Source: Smithellaceae bacterium (lineage in GTDB: Bacteria > Desulfobacterota > Syntrophia > Syntrophales > Smithellaceae). Taken from it: DNA of 64,000 nt. Both the position numbers and the translations under genes were made by a program. The notes below the pieces were generated by a model that worked only from the letters and a program-made list of their open reading frames with translations, was not told the DNA's origin and searched no databases. Below are positions 1 through 15,000 of the stretch, piece after piece. The stretch spans positions 2,688,001 through 2,752,000 of the forward strand of contig CAXXVL010000002.1 in assembly GCA_963667845.2 (NCBI GenBank), read 5' to 3'. How positions within the stretch are numbered: position 1 is the stretch's first letter; each line of letters opens with the position of its first letter.

Positions 1-3000
1 TTGAAGAACTTTTCCGTAGCCCAGCATAATTATTCCAGGGGACTCCAGTGGCTTTCCGGCAATAATCTAACCGTTACGGATTATCTCGCCAGAAAGATTG
101 AAACGCTGAAACTGTCCGGTCAGGATGTCGCCGCCCTGCTGGCGGATCTTGTTTCCAGACAGAATAGCGACGGCGGCTGGGGCAGTAATAAAACCTATAT
201 GAGCAACCCGATGGATACATCTTTTGCTCTGAGGGCATTATCAGCGACAGGTTATGCCGATCAAAGCATCGTTACTCCGGCAATCGCCTATTTGAAATCC
301 ACACAAAATGGTGACGGCGGCTGGGGCAATGAGGAGGGCAGTAACATTGAAAGCACGGCCAATGTGCTCGGCGCTTTTAACAAGTATCGCCAACAATATG
401 TACTGGAAGATCCAATCAAAAACGCCTTGGCTTTCCTGAATGCCCGCCAGAACGGAGATGGCGGGTTTGGCAACAGCCCCAGCACGGTTTACGATACGGC
501 GATGGCCGTCATTGCTTTACAGGACATAAAAGGGCTTACCTCCGGCATTCAACAGGGCGTCAATTTCATCCTCGGCCTTCAGTCGGGGGACGGCAGCTGG
601 TATGGCAGCGCCCATCAGACGGCGATGGCCGTCAGCGCGGTTTGGAACGCAACGGTGACGCCGGACCTTGCCATCGATCCACAGGACATTACTTTTACCC
701 CCAATACCATCACCGGTCTTCCGGCATCGATCACCGTCAATGCGAAGATAACAAATCTGGGCAGGACGGATGTGCCGCAGGTAAAGGTTGTGCTGTATGA
801 CAGCGTTGTGTCGGAGGCAACAAAGGTTGGCGAGCAGCTGGTTGCATTTCCCGGCCAGTCAGCGGTCAGCATTTCCTTCCCGATTATCATCAGGGACGGC
901 AATGCCCATAAGTTCTATATATCCATTGACCCGGATAATGTTGTCGCCGAGTCGAATAAGGTCAATAATGTTGCTGTCAACATGATCAGCCCGGCAACGA
1001 CTTATGACTTTGAAACGCTTTCTTCCGATATCAGCTTCTCGCAAAATCCCGTGGATATCACGAAGGATGTGACGATCTCGTCTAAAATAAGCAACAAAGG
1101 CATCATGAATACCTACAATGTTCAGGTCAAATACTATATTGACGACCCCGCCGGGCGGATAGACATTGCCACCGCGACGGTTGATATTCCGGCCAATGCC
1201 GTGATTGCCAGTCAGGTTGTCTGGAAGACCGGCAAAGCGGGGAGCAATCTGCCTGTTGCGATAGAGGTTGATCCAAACAATGCCTTTACGGAGATTTCCA
1301 AAACAAATAACAAAGCAATTGCCGGACTTACTGTTAACGGTTCGACTCAGCCGAATCTAACGGCTTCTTTCAAAGATATTATTATTACCCCGGCAGTGAT
1401 CAACCAGCAAGGCAGTGTCAATATAAAGGCGACCATCCGTAATGAAGGCTTTGCGCCGGTCAGCACTGTAAAGGTTGATTTTTATCTGGGTGTCCCCGGT
1501 GTTGACGGGGTGTTGATCGGCAGCCAGACGATCTTGTCCCTGGCTGCCGGACTGAGCGCACAAGTTTCACTGGACTGGCTCAGCATTCCGGTTTCCGGAG
1601 AAAAGATTCTCTATGTCCGGGTCGATCCTGATAATTTTCTGCCGGAAATTACCAAGGAAGACAATGACGCCTTCACAACCATTACTATCCTCAGTATCCC
1701 CGATCTGGCGATATCGGCCAATTCCATCACGTTTGACCCTTCGGCGCCCAAAGATGGCGATACGGTGGCGATCAATATCATCGTGAAAAATCTCGGCCGG
1801 CAGGCCGCGAATAACGTGACGGTGAGAGCGTCGGAAAGCGATACAGTCATCGGCAGTCAGGCTATCTCCGTCATAGCCGGTAATTCCCAGGGCACTGCAA
1901 CTGTCTCATTTAATACCACCGGAAAGCCGGGCGCGCATGAGATAACGGTTGCGGTTGATCCGGATAATTTGATTGTAGAACGCAGCAAAGACAACAATAT
2001 CGCTATGCGTGCATTCGGCGTTCAGGATGCCAATCTCTGGGTGACGGAGAAATATATATCGCCCAATGGCGACGGCATTAAAGACAGTACGGACTTCTTC
2101 TTCAGGCTAAGTTTGACGCAATCCGTCAAAATTAACGTGATCAATGAGCGCGGTGAAGTTGTCCGCACGTTTAATGATGATACATTGAGCAATATATCGG
2201 GTGGCAATATCTCCTGGAACGGTTTCAATGACAACGGCATGGTTGTTGCGGACGGCGAGTATCAAATTACAATTGTTGACGCGGGAAGTAATAATATCGG
2301 AAGCCTCGTAGTGACGGTCGATAACAACCAGTCGCCTCTGGTCAAAGCAATCGGCACAAAATATCTTCTGAAGAATAATCTCACCTGCATGCTGCCTGAT
2401 ATAACAGACTGGCAATGGTTCCCGGACGAAAGCGGTATGTTGATCCAGATAAACAACGCGAATCCGGATGCACCCGAATATACGGCCGGATTATACACAG
2501 TATCGCCCGACGGCCAGGATATATTAAGAATAGTTCCCTGGGAGTGGAGTGATCAGGATGCAAAATACAGTTATTCGATCGATAAAGAAATATCCCCCGA
2601 CGGCAATCAGGTTCTTGTTGTCCTGAAAAAATGGGAAAAATTCGACTGGTACAGCACGCTTGTCTTGAGCCAATTATGGGTCGTTGATAAAGACGGGAGA
2701 AATTTGCGGCTGTTGGATTCCTATGATTCATCTGTGAACAAGTGGATCGAGCGCGGAGGATGGTTACCCGACAGCAAACAACTGGCTTATTCAGTGAGCA
2801 GTGAATTGTGGCTCATCAAATCCGATGGTGCGGACAAAGTTAAGATTGATTCGACGGCCGGCGGCGGCCTTGGATATCATAAGTGGTCGCCCGACGGCAA
2901 AAAGATGATTTACGAATATATTACCTACGACGAAACCGGCAGCTGGGATTGTCGTCTGGAACTGATCAACACTGCGGGAGGAAAAAGAGTCCTTACCCTG

Positions 3001-6000
3001 GGAAATGATGTCGGAGAGTATGGTTTTGAATGGCTGGGCAATGAAAAGATCATTGTGAAATCAAACCTGTATAGCGATTTTAATCAGTATCTCTGGCTTG
3101 TTGATTCAACTGGAATAGGGAATCACATAAAACTATCCGACAACTTGCGCAGTTTTGAAATTAACCCGGGCAAGACGAAGGCATTGTTTATTGAAGATAG
3201 TCCCGATCACACATTTCTGAAGATCGTTGACGCCAACGGCGATATTTCCCCCGTTTACGAGACTCGCAAATATCAACCCACTGCAAGCATTGTCAGTGTC
3301 CGAGAAAATACATCGCCCGTTTCCAGGGTTCAAAAAGATGTTGCAGTCCCGGCGAATCAGAGTATGAGTGCCAGCTGGTCGCCGGACGGAACAAAGATAG
3401 CCCTCTATGATAATACATACGAATTGATTGATGAGTGTCATGCCGTTCAATATCTCGTTGTGATTGATTTAAAGACAAATTCTCAAAAGGCGTATCCGTC
3501 GTCAACCTGCGTGAATACCTGCGATACTAATTTAGGATATCAATCAGACGGCAAAACCCGCGTTGCCTCGGCAAAGAGAGACCTGCTCAACGATAAAAAT
3601 GCGAATTCCCAAACAGACCCCGTCAATGGAAATTTCCGTAACGGATATATCGCCTGTGTCGTCGTTGTTGATCCGTCGTGCGCCCACGATGGCGCCAATG
3701 GTCTGCGGTGGCTTTCAGATAACGTGTCTCTGCTCAGTTCTAATGGCGACGGACTATTTGCGCTCAATTCTGATGATGGAACAAAAGTCTATCTGCCTGT
3801 CCCCAGTGAAGCGACGTTATCGCCATTCGGCAGATATTTCACATACGGGCAATACGTGGATGACACAAGCATCTGCCACGGACGGGGGTATCAGGATATC
3901 TGGGCTATGAGTTCGCTGCTTAACCTGACAGCCGACTTGTTCGTGAAGAAAGAAAAGTCTGCGGTTGTCCTGCGGGGTACAGCCGCGGACCTGCATTTCG
4001 AGGGATATAAGCTCGAATACGCCGATGCGCAGAATCCGACTGTCTGGAAGCTGGTCAAACCGCCGTCCGATGTTTCGGTGATCAATGACGTATTGACAAC
4101 ATGGGTTCCACCCTCTGAAGGCGTGTTTTATGTAAAGCTTACCGTCTGGGATAAAGCCGGAAACGTCAAATGGGACAGAAAAAGAGTGACCTGGGGACTG
4201 TCGGCCAGTATCAGCAATCTTTATAAAACGATTGACCTGATGTCGCCCAACGGTGACGGGATGAAGGATACCGTTGAACTGCATTACACGGTTCTGGAGC
4301 CCGTCAATCTGGAGTTTAACATTTATGACGCGAACAACAATGTGGTCAGAATGTATGCAAAGTCACACGCATCAACCGGCGAGGATTTTATTGCTTGGGA
4401 CGGCAGGGACAGCAATGGGCAGACGGTGCCGGACGGCAAATACCGGATACAGGTGTTTGATTATGATTTTTTTGTAACGGTCGATAACACGGCACCGAAT
4501 ACGAATATAGAACTGTCGTTAATAAAGCAGCAATGTCTTACGCGTCCGGATGAAATTTCCCCGGAAGACTGTTCTCTCTATGTTGATATGCACGGTCTTG
4601 CCTACGACGTGAACCTGGGCGGCTGGATAGCCGAGTATGGTGCAGGCGATAATCCCCCGGAATGGTTTGAATATTTGAAGGGAGAAAGCGTGCTCGCTGC
4701 CGCCGATGAAGGCGGCAACATCCTGTCGCCGTTGCAAATGACGAAAATTGCGACAATTACAGGTAATGATATTGCTTGGTTCATCGGCAAAAAGATTCGA
4801 TTGGCCGCATCGGATTATGCGGCTAATCGAAGTACGGCTGTATCAAGCCAACTTGAGGAGAGAGTCATCCTTTTTAAATGGGATGACAAGAATCTGAGCC
4901 TGAAAGAAAGTAGTGCCAGAACAGCCTTCCTTCCTGCAAACCTGATCCGTACAGGAGTTCATGACCTCAGCGTCCTGCTCACAGTCAGGACACCTATTGT
5001 CGGCATGTGTGTCCAGTACTGGAACGGTCATCAATGGATTGACGGCCCGCAAAACAATAATCCTCCTGCCGGATACACAAACATTCAATGGAACAATGCG
5101 GACATCAATCCGGACGACATCATTGCGGTCAGGGTAGGGGCGATGGATGAAACGGGCAACGAGCACTATTCCAGCATCTTTTATGTTCGCCCGACGCTGG
5201 CACTAACGGCATCATGTAACGGAAACGCCTTTGCTCACAATTACACGCTCCAAAAGCTCAGCCGCCTCGCATTGCAGATTATCAGCACGGACGATACAAA
5301 TTACCTGGAATGGACGGATTGGGTGGTCTATGAGACCGCCGGCGGGAACAGTGTGCCGGAAGGAGAATTCCAATTCATTGACGCGCTTTCCGACAGCAAT
5401 AGAGTAAAGCCGGGCAAGAGTTATACGTTCAGGATGCTGGTCACCGAGTCGGGTGAGAATCCGCAAAACTACGAACCCGTGACGCTGGCTTATCCTCCAA
5501 AGTGCATGCAAATGGGGTTGTTTATCGACTATCCGGAAGCCTTACAATGCAATGCTTTATCCGGAACAGCCGATCTGAGGATTGAATTAAAGAAGGGAAT
5601 GTATGAGACAGCCAATCAGTATGTAAGCCTTGATTACTCCTTGCGTGATGCGAAAGGCTCGCAGCTGCTGAGGCACATCGACCTGTCCAAGAATCAAAAT
5701 ATGTCTATCCGGATTGACACGACGCAAATTCCGGAAGGCCGCTATACCGCCGAAGCAAAACTTAAATATGTTGATTTGAATAACAATCTTCAGACGATCG
5801 AGGCCGATGCAGCGCTTGTTGTGGACAGGACGCTTCCCATAGCCGCAATCACGTATCCGACGGATTCAACAACCGTGTGTCCCGTTAAGAAGGCGAACGC
5901 CGGTGGCGATCGTTTTGAAATCCCCATTGAAGGCATTGCCGCGGACGCAACCGGGATAAGAGACTATGCGTTTTACTATGGCATTGGCGAAAATCTGGAG

Positions 6001-9000
6001 GCGCCCCGGCAGGCTGATGTAACCGATATCAAGAAGGCGCAAGTGCATGGCAAAATGGGTGATTGGAATGTCACGAATCTGTCCGGGGCGGATTACAATC
6101 TGAGATTAAAGGTTGTCGATACTGTTGGAAATACTAGTTGTCATGCGGCGAAACTGACTGTCGATAAGCGTATAGAGATCCATCTGTTCAGCGATAAATA
6201 CCTCTTTTCACCAAATGGTGACGGTGTGCTCGACGATGTGACTGTTAATTACGATATCAGCGAATACGCCAAAGTTGATGCAAAGGTTTACAGATTGTTG
6301 GAACAATCGGATCATACCTATGTGCTGGACCAGGCGCCCATTAAGACAATTGCTGCGGGAATGACTCACATCGGCGGGGCGGGATATCTTACATGGGATG
6401 GGACGACTGACGCAGGCCCTGCCGCGGCCGACGATATATACGGTATTACTTTACTGGCAACAGATTCCTGCGGCAACGCCAACACAAAATGGATTCCCGT
6501 GCGAGTGGATAACACACCGCCTGCAACGGTCGTAAAGTATCCCCGCCCTCCGGATGTTCTGGGCAACGTCGTTGAAGTCAGGGGAACAGCGGATGATCTT
6601 CACTTTCAAAGTTATGTTATTGAAGCCGGGCAAGGGCAAAATCCGGAAAGCTTTGCCTATGTCGCTTCCGGCGCCAGCGCCGTAAAAGAAGAAACCATCC
6701 TGGGCAAATGGAATACCTTTGGTTTAGAAGGGGCATGGACATTGCGGCTGACGGGCAAAGATGTCGTCGGCAATGAACAGGCGACAACCGTAACGATCAA
6801 TCTCGGACAACGAAAGAATCTCGTCAAAGATATTGGTTTATTACCAACGCTCTTCTCACCCAACAATGACGGCAAACTTGATACAACGATAGTCAAATAT
6901 GAACTCACAGATGCCTGTCAGATCAAGATTGAAATACTGGATTCTGACAATGTAGTTCGGAAAACTTATACCGACACAACGCCGACTCAGGGTTCTTGCA
7001 CCTATGTCTGGGATGGCAAAAATGATGCGGGAGTCGTTGTTCCCGACGGCGTTTATAAACTTTTGCTGACCGCCGCGCTTTCAACAAATACAGCCATAAC
7101 TCAGACAGAAGCTGCAACGGTCACCGTCGATGTCACAACACCGACCATCGATATTAAACAGCCACTGAACGATTCATATCTTAAAGTCGGTTCATTGTCT
7201 GTCTTTGGGACGGTCAGCGATAAGAATATCAAGGAGTATGCAACTGTTTATTCCGGTGATAACGGCAATGTGTCGCTTGATGCGGGCAATCAGAACAGAG
7301 AAAACTACATTTTCAGTGCGCTGACGGAAATACCTGAAGGTAAATACACGCTGAATGTCAAAGCGAAAGATAATGCAGAAAACATAAAGGACAGCAACAT
7401 CGTCTTTACCATCGACACAACCTCGCCGCAAGTCATATTGGATAAGCCGAAAACCGGCGAGTATTACGGTTCGGATAAAAACACGATTAATATTGCCGGC
7501 AGCATCATTGAGAAGAATCTTGACTATTTTAAACTCAGATATGGTCCGGGGGACAATCCAGCTCAATGGATCGATCTGCAGACGGCGAACACGGTGCCGA
7601 CAAATCCGCAGCTCTATACTTGGAGAGTCGGTAAAAATGACGGTGTGGCCGACGGCGTTTATACGATGTCGCTCTATGCCAAAGACAAGGCCGATTGGAC
7701 CGGTGAAGCGAAAGTTAAAATTATAATCGATAACACGTCACCGGATGTCTCCTTAACTTCGTTGAAGAACGGTGATTATGTCAAAGCGGCGCTTGATATT
7801 AAAGGAACCGCTTTTGATGTCAACCTGGATAATTATTTGCTGGAGATGTCCGAAGACCAATGCAGCACTGCCTTTAAATGGGTATCATTCAAGAAATCGG
7901 CAGCTTCGGTCACCAATGGTTCTCTGGCTATGTGGCAAACCATTCCTGTCGACGGTGACTACTGCATCCGCCTGACAGCATCGGATAAAATCGGTCTGAA
8001 AGCGGAAGCAAAAGTGCAGGTAAAGGTGGACGCCACGCCGCCCTTGCCCACAACCCTGTCGGGTAAAGTTGAAAATAAGACGGATGCATCATTTAGCTGG
8101 ATAAAGAATACGGAGGCGGATCTGGCGGGCTACAATCTGTTCAGAGACGACAGGAAAGTGAATGCCGAAATTCTCACGGCGAGCACATTCGCTGACACAG
8201 CTCTGAAAGAGGGAACTTATAAATACACGGTAAAATCAATCGATCTCGCTGGCAATGAAAGTAAACCATCCAATGAAATCGTCCTCAAAGTGGATATTAC
8301 TCCGCCGACCGTCAGGATCGGTTCGCCTGTGGATGGCGCCAGGGTTAGCAGTCTCCTGGATATCAAGGGGACGGCCTTCAGTCAGGATGATTTCACGCAG
8401 TATCGGGTATCGGTCGGCCGGGGAGCCGCTCCTGATTCATGGACTCTGATCAGGACGTCACCCCTGCCGGAAATGTTCGGTTCTTTAGCTCAATGGGATA
8501 CGATCAGCTCGCCGGACGGTGTTTACGCCATAAAACTGGAGGCTGAAGATATCAGCGGAAATGCGGGAACTTATCAAATCAGCGTGAATGTGGACAATAC
8601 GCCTCCCTCCGCCACGGTTTTCTTGACTGCGGTGCCGAATGGTTCAAGCGTAACATTGACCTGGCAGGCCAGTGCGGCGTCCGATCTGGCGGGTTATCTC
8701 CTTTATAGGAATGATCAGCTGGCCAATGTTGCCGGCGTCGCTGTAGGAAACCTCAAGCCCTATCTGATCACCGGAACAACGTATGTCGATAAGATTCTTC
8801 CGGACGGGAAGATGAAATATTATGTCGTCGCCATGGATCAGGCGGGAAACGCCGGCGACCAGTCCAACATGCTCGAGGTAACGATCGACACGCATCCGCC
8901 GCACATCACAATCACCGAACCTCTGAATCTGGTGAAGTTCCAGAATAAGACGCTTCTGCGGGGCGAATCCCCCGATTTGGATATTGCAAATGTTCAGTAT

Positions 9001-12000
9001 CAGTATAAGAAGACAACGGATGCGACATGGCACACCCTGGGCGGTGCCATCATCAAGATACCGTTCGTCACATACATTGATCCGGTTGCGCTCGGGCTGA
9101 CCTATGGTGATTACAACGTGCGCGCCGTCGCCACAGACAAAGGCGGCAATGTGGATCCCTCGCCCGCATTCATTACGCTGAAGTATACGGATCTGGCGGC
9201 GCCTGCTGCACCCGCCGATCTCAAAGCGCCGGTTAACGGCGCCGATGTGTCGCTTCTCTGGAAAGCCAATCAGGAGATAGACCTTAACGGGTATAATATC
9301 TACAGGGCCACTGGCAGCGGCGCGAAGACAAAATTGAACACCACCATCATTAAGGATGCCGCTTATCAGGACAAGGGACTGGCAGACGCTTTTTATGCCT
9401 ACGTGGTTACGGCGCTGGATACCCTGGGGAATGAAAGCGAGCCTTCCGGTATTGTTGCGGTCAAGATTTATGCGCCAAAATTGTCTCAGCCCTATACGCC
9501 CTCTGGTCAGAGAGCAATCTCCATGTCCGGTACGGACGGCGGCGCTGGTAATTCCCTTGAGTTGTTTGTTGATTCGGGAACCGGGCCGGTGTCGCAAGGT
9601 ACGGTAACGGTAGACGGGGTAGGTGCTTTCAGTGTTCCCGTTCTGAATCTGACATCAGGAGAGAACAAGATAACGGCTGCGGCAAAAGATGCCGCGGGTA
9701 ATATCAGCAAGGTGTCAGAATCTGTTTATGTCGTATTCAATGAACCGCCGGCCATGCCTACGGGCTTTGGTGCTGCTGTACAAGGACACGAAGTCAACCT
9801 GACCTGGAATCCGAATGCGGAAGCAGACCTGTCCGGATATAACCTGTACAGGAACGGCGTGAAAGTGAACAAAGCCCTTCCGGTTACTTCCGGTAATGCA
9901 ACGGCATCATCTTCGGACTATTTCAATGTGTCCGACCGGGCTTTTGACGGTAATACGACCACTTATTGGCACACCTATTCGCGGACCAGTCCGGAAAGCC
10001 AGGCCTGGTGGGAAGTCGCGTTGCCATCCATCGAGTTGATCAATCGGCTGGAGATCTATTGGCACTCCTACACGGATGATTACGGAGCCGAGATAATTTA
10101 TGGTGGCAGGAATTTTGAAATTCAGGTCTGGTCGGGACATGTCTGGATTACGCATGACCGGGTGACGGGAAATACTGCCCGGCAAAATCTGTTTGAGTTC
10201 AGTCCGTCATACCGTACGGATAGAATCAGAATACACATTACCGACGCGCACGATCCTTCAAGTGTCGGCCTGGTGGAAGTCAAAGTCAGCAAAGATAATG
10301 TGATATCACAAACAAATTATACTGATCTCAATGTATCCGACGGGCGATACAAGTATAAGCTTACGGCGGTCGACTATTATGGTTTTGAGAGCGTTCCGAC
10401 AGAGGAAAAACAGACCGCGGTCGGCGATGTGATCCTGCCGGATGCTCCGCTTAATTTAACAACTTCTGTTTCCGGTTCGAACATCGTTTCGAACTGGGAT
10501 GCGAATACAGATCAGGATCTGGCCGGCTATGCCGCTTACCGGAATAACGGTCCCGCCTGGATTCGTCTGAATCCCGCAGCCTTGGCTACGGCGAATACCT
10601 ATACTGATGCCGGCCTGGCGAATGGCAGCTATCTCTATCGCGTCACGGCATTTGACGCCGTGGGGAACGAGAGTCTGCCATCCAATGAATCTCAGGCAAT
10701 GGTGAATATTGATCCTCCCCAGCCGCCCGTATCTTTATCCATATCCGTGATCGCCCGGGGCGGCGCCCTGAGCGCAACCTGGACATACAGCGGTCAGGCG
10801 CCCGCTGGCTGTAATCTGTATCGAGCGACAACATCCGGTGGCCCGTATATAAAAGTGAACAGCGCCTTCATCGGCACCAACACTTTCCTGGATGAAAATC
10901 TGACTAACGGCGCAACCTATTATTATGTCGTGACAGCGGTTGATGCACTGGGCAATGAGAGCGCCTATTCCAATGAAGCCGTGGGAACACCGCAGGATGG
11001 CGAGGTGCCGCTGACGCCGAATATTTATTCCCCGACGATTTCATGTGTGCCTGTTACGCTGTATCAAAACATAACCGATATCACCGGTAATGCCGAACCC
11101 GGATCGACTGTGGAGCTATTCAGAAATGAACTTTCGTGGGGGAAGGTGACGGCATTGAACCAAACATTTACTCGGAAGATATTGCTGGAAAATGTTGCAG
11201 ACGTTGCCGTATCACCGGACGGCGCGATGTTGACCTATGACCAAAATAATTATGTCTGGTTGAAAAATATTGCCGACAACACTCTGAAACAAATAGGTGA
11301 AGGTTACACGCGGGCATCGTGGGCGCCAGATTCGGTGAGATTTGCCTATAGAAATTATGATTCCCGCTACCAGATGTATAATATCAAGACAGGCATCAGC
11401 AGTGCGCTGACCCATGACGAGAATGTCTATGAGGAAAATCTGTCTTGGTCATCCGATGCGGGTAAAATTGTGTTCGTCAGTGGCAATTATGAATGGAACG
11501 CCTGGGTCAAAGACCTGACAAGCGGAGAACTCAAGCAGGTCACATTCTCGGGTAATGTGTATAATGCCAAAATTTCACCGGACGGGACCCGAATAGCTTA
11601 TTTCGAGAATTATGATTTATACGTCGTTAATGCCGGGAGTCTTCAGACGATCAAAATCGATTCAGACGCAAGAGAGGATTGGATCAGCTGGTCGCCCGAC
11701 AGCAAAAAGATAACTTATGTATCGACCAAGAATACACCGAATAATATTTTGGTTGCCGATGTCGAGACCAATCAAATTATCAAAACAATCAATTCACCTG
11801 ACAATGAATCCAGCCCCATTTGGGCGCCCGACGGGCAGAGTATAATCTTCATGCAGAAGAATAGCGGTGCCGGTTATACTGCTTCAGAAGCTCGTCTGAA
11901 TTCTGAACAGATTAATTCACTGGCTTCAAATATCGGTGATAATTTTGCATATATTGATTGTCTGAGATCGGGTGATATTGCTTACTACGATCAGAATCAA

Positions 12001-15000
12001 TTAAATATGATTACCCGGAAAGGGCAATTCAGTTTTAAAGACGCGGCGCTGAAAGAGGGCATAAATATTTTCTACGTTAAAGCCGCCGATGCGTTTGAAA
12101 ATATCAGTGCTCCTTCAGACGCGATAAACGTCTTTTGCAACACAAGCACGATGCCCGACCTGGAAATGACGGCTGACGATATTGCAGTCTACCCGCCCTA
12201 TCCAAAACCGGGTGAAAGGGTATCGATCTATGTATCGCCCAGAAATGTAGGTGCGGTCGATGCCGAGAATGTGACCATTGCAATCTACATGCTGACCAAC
12301 GGCAAATGGACGCTCTTGAAATATGAACCTGTGCCGTTGATCGTTGCCGGTGCTTCACAGCCGATCCATCTGGAATGGAGCAGTATGACCGCGACCGGGT
12401 TAAACACGTTCTTTGCGGCAATTGATCCGGAGGATGCGATCCGTGAAATATCCGAAGACAATAATACGGCCTTCAAAGATATTGTCGTGATGGAGCGCAG
12501 TGGCGTTGAAATGACGACAAAACTGGATGCCGGCCAATACGGATCCGACCAGGATGTCCGTATCAATGTTAATGTGAGAAATTCCGGCGAAGGCCTGAGT
12601 GCTCTGCTTACCGTAGCTGTCGAGGATATAGACGGCGGATTAGCCGCAACACTTGTGCCGGTCAATATCCAGATGGACTATGCATCCGATAAGAATATCA
12701 GTTTCGTCTGGAATACGGCATCCTCATTCAGCGGTCAATATCATGTCCGCGCCGTGTTAAAGTCGGGCCAGACGGCGATGGCCGAAAATATCGTCGCCTT
12801 TAAAATCACTCCGGAAATGAAAGTTGACCCGGTAACCCTTACAACGGACAAAACCATCTACCTGTCCAATGAAAATACGGAAATGAGTGTCAACATCACG
12901 AATGCCAGCACCAATGTGATTATTCCCGAACTGACGGCGACCGTAAGGATCACGGACGCGGGGGCTGCCGTTATTTTCGCGGATGAAAAGAAGATAGCGA
13001 CCCTTCTTGCCGGTGCCACCTGCAACGTGAAAAGTTTATGGAATACGGCCGCATCGCTGCCCGGAATTTATCTGGTAACATTGGAGGTGTTTGTAGAGAA
13101 AAATCTGGTTGCCACAAGGACTGCGCAGTTCAGCATTGATCTGATCGGCAGGGTCACCGGGTCGATTGCCGCAGCTCCGACGTCCGTATTATACGGGAGT
13201 GATGCAAGATTTGATTATACGGTGAAAAATACCGGCAATATGGATCTCAGCGGTCTGCCCCTGCTTCTCACAATCATTGATCCCGGCTTACAGGATGTCC
13301 TGAGTTCGGTTGAGGCTGCTGTTGATCTTCCGATCCATGCGGAAAAGACGGGCAGCTTTATCATTGCCACACAGGGATACAAGCTCACGACCTATGTCGC
13401 GGTTCTGCAAAGTGTTCATCAGGGCAACGTCAGAAAAATAGCTGATGCATCCTTTGTTGTCAGAGACGGACTGTCGCCGGTTCTCAGTCTATTAACGCCC
13501 ATCGCCGGGACTGTGTGTAAATCCGCGATAGACATTGCCGTTACCGTGGTGGATGACCTCTCCGGCGTGGCCAGGGTTGAGTATCAAATCGATGCGGGTG
13601 AGTGGAAGTATCTGCCGGTTGCGGACGCGGCGACCGGCCGGTATTCTGTCGTCTGGAATCCGGTGAAGGCGGACGAAGGTGCTCACACCATCAGCTTCCG
13701 CGCAATCGATCAGGCGCTGAATATGAGTATTCCTGTATCGACAAATATCATTATCAACCTGACGCCCGTTATGGCACCGGTCATTAATTCGCCGGCGAAT
13801 AACGCCACTGTGGTAATAGACACAATCAATATCATGGGTGTTTCTGAACCCGGATATACCGTGAACATGGAATTCCAGGGAAATGCCAGCATGGCGCAAG
13901 GAGATGTGACAAGCGGGGCTATTACGTTTGCAGGGATTCGATTAACACCCGGCAGTAACAACTTTAAATTCTTTGCCAAAGACCAGACCGGCAATACAAG
14001 TGACGTGGTTCAGTATGCACTGATCTATCTGCCGTTGAAGACGACCCTTGCGGTTGACAAACCGGCATACAGCATCAAGGAAGATGTCAACATCGCTGCA
14101 AGGATGTCGAACATCAGCACCGCTTATCCGCTAGGCAACCTGACAGCAAAGCTATCGTTGCTGGGCAGCGGCGGTCAGACGATATTTAATGAAGAACAGC
14201 CTATTGCGGCCCTGGCACCCGGGGCGAGTCTGGACTTGAAGAGAATTTGGAACACGGTTGTCAATTCCAGGGGCAGTTATTCGGTCAAACTGCAGATGTT
14301 TGATGGCAACAATCTGTTGAGTACTGACGTGACCACGTTTGAAATATTGAGCACAACCGTCACGGGTGACGGTCTTGCAGGCACTGTCGCCGCGTCGCCC
14401 GCGCAAGTATTCATCGGGAATAACGAAGCCATTTCCTATAGCGTCAGCAATGGCGGTAATGAAGACATCATGGCGATGACTGTAAAAACATTGATTCTCA
14501 ATTCCGCTACGCAGACGCAAGTTGCGGAATTCACAGATCAGCAATCCATCACAAAAGACAGTGCTGTTGCCGGAATAAACAACTTTTTGACATCCTCTCT
14601 AATTCCCGGCTTTTACAGCGCTGTGTTGATGGTTGTTACGCCTTCCATGGCCATGCCGAAAAAACTGGCGTTTGCCGAATTCGAGATTAAAGGCGGTGTT
14701 GAAATGACTAAAACGATCAACACGGCCACGCACAATCTCCTGACCTGGGTCAACGATAAATGTTTGCGCGGGATTTCGCGGAATGAAGCGAATTGCGTAA
14801 AGCCGCGTCCCGATCAAACATGTGTCAGACTGGATCTGCTGGAAAAGATTTTGAAGGACTCTGAAGCCAACTATCATATTGTTTATGACAGGGATGATTT
14901 CACGGCGGCTCTCAGGAACCCGTTTTACACCGATTTCATTATATTCGGTGATCATGAACCGTTAACAGGTCATCATGCTGCTGAATTACGAGAACAGATA

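Noticed and set aside
1..650. Squalene-hopene cyclase or alpha-2-macroglobulin call for the QW-repeat region
   Set aside because: No DXDD catalytic motif and no CxEQ thioester motif in the visible sequence; it is fused to extracellular Ig-like domains
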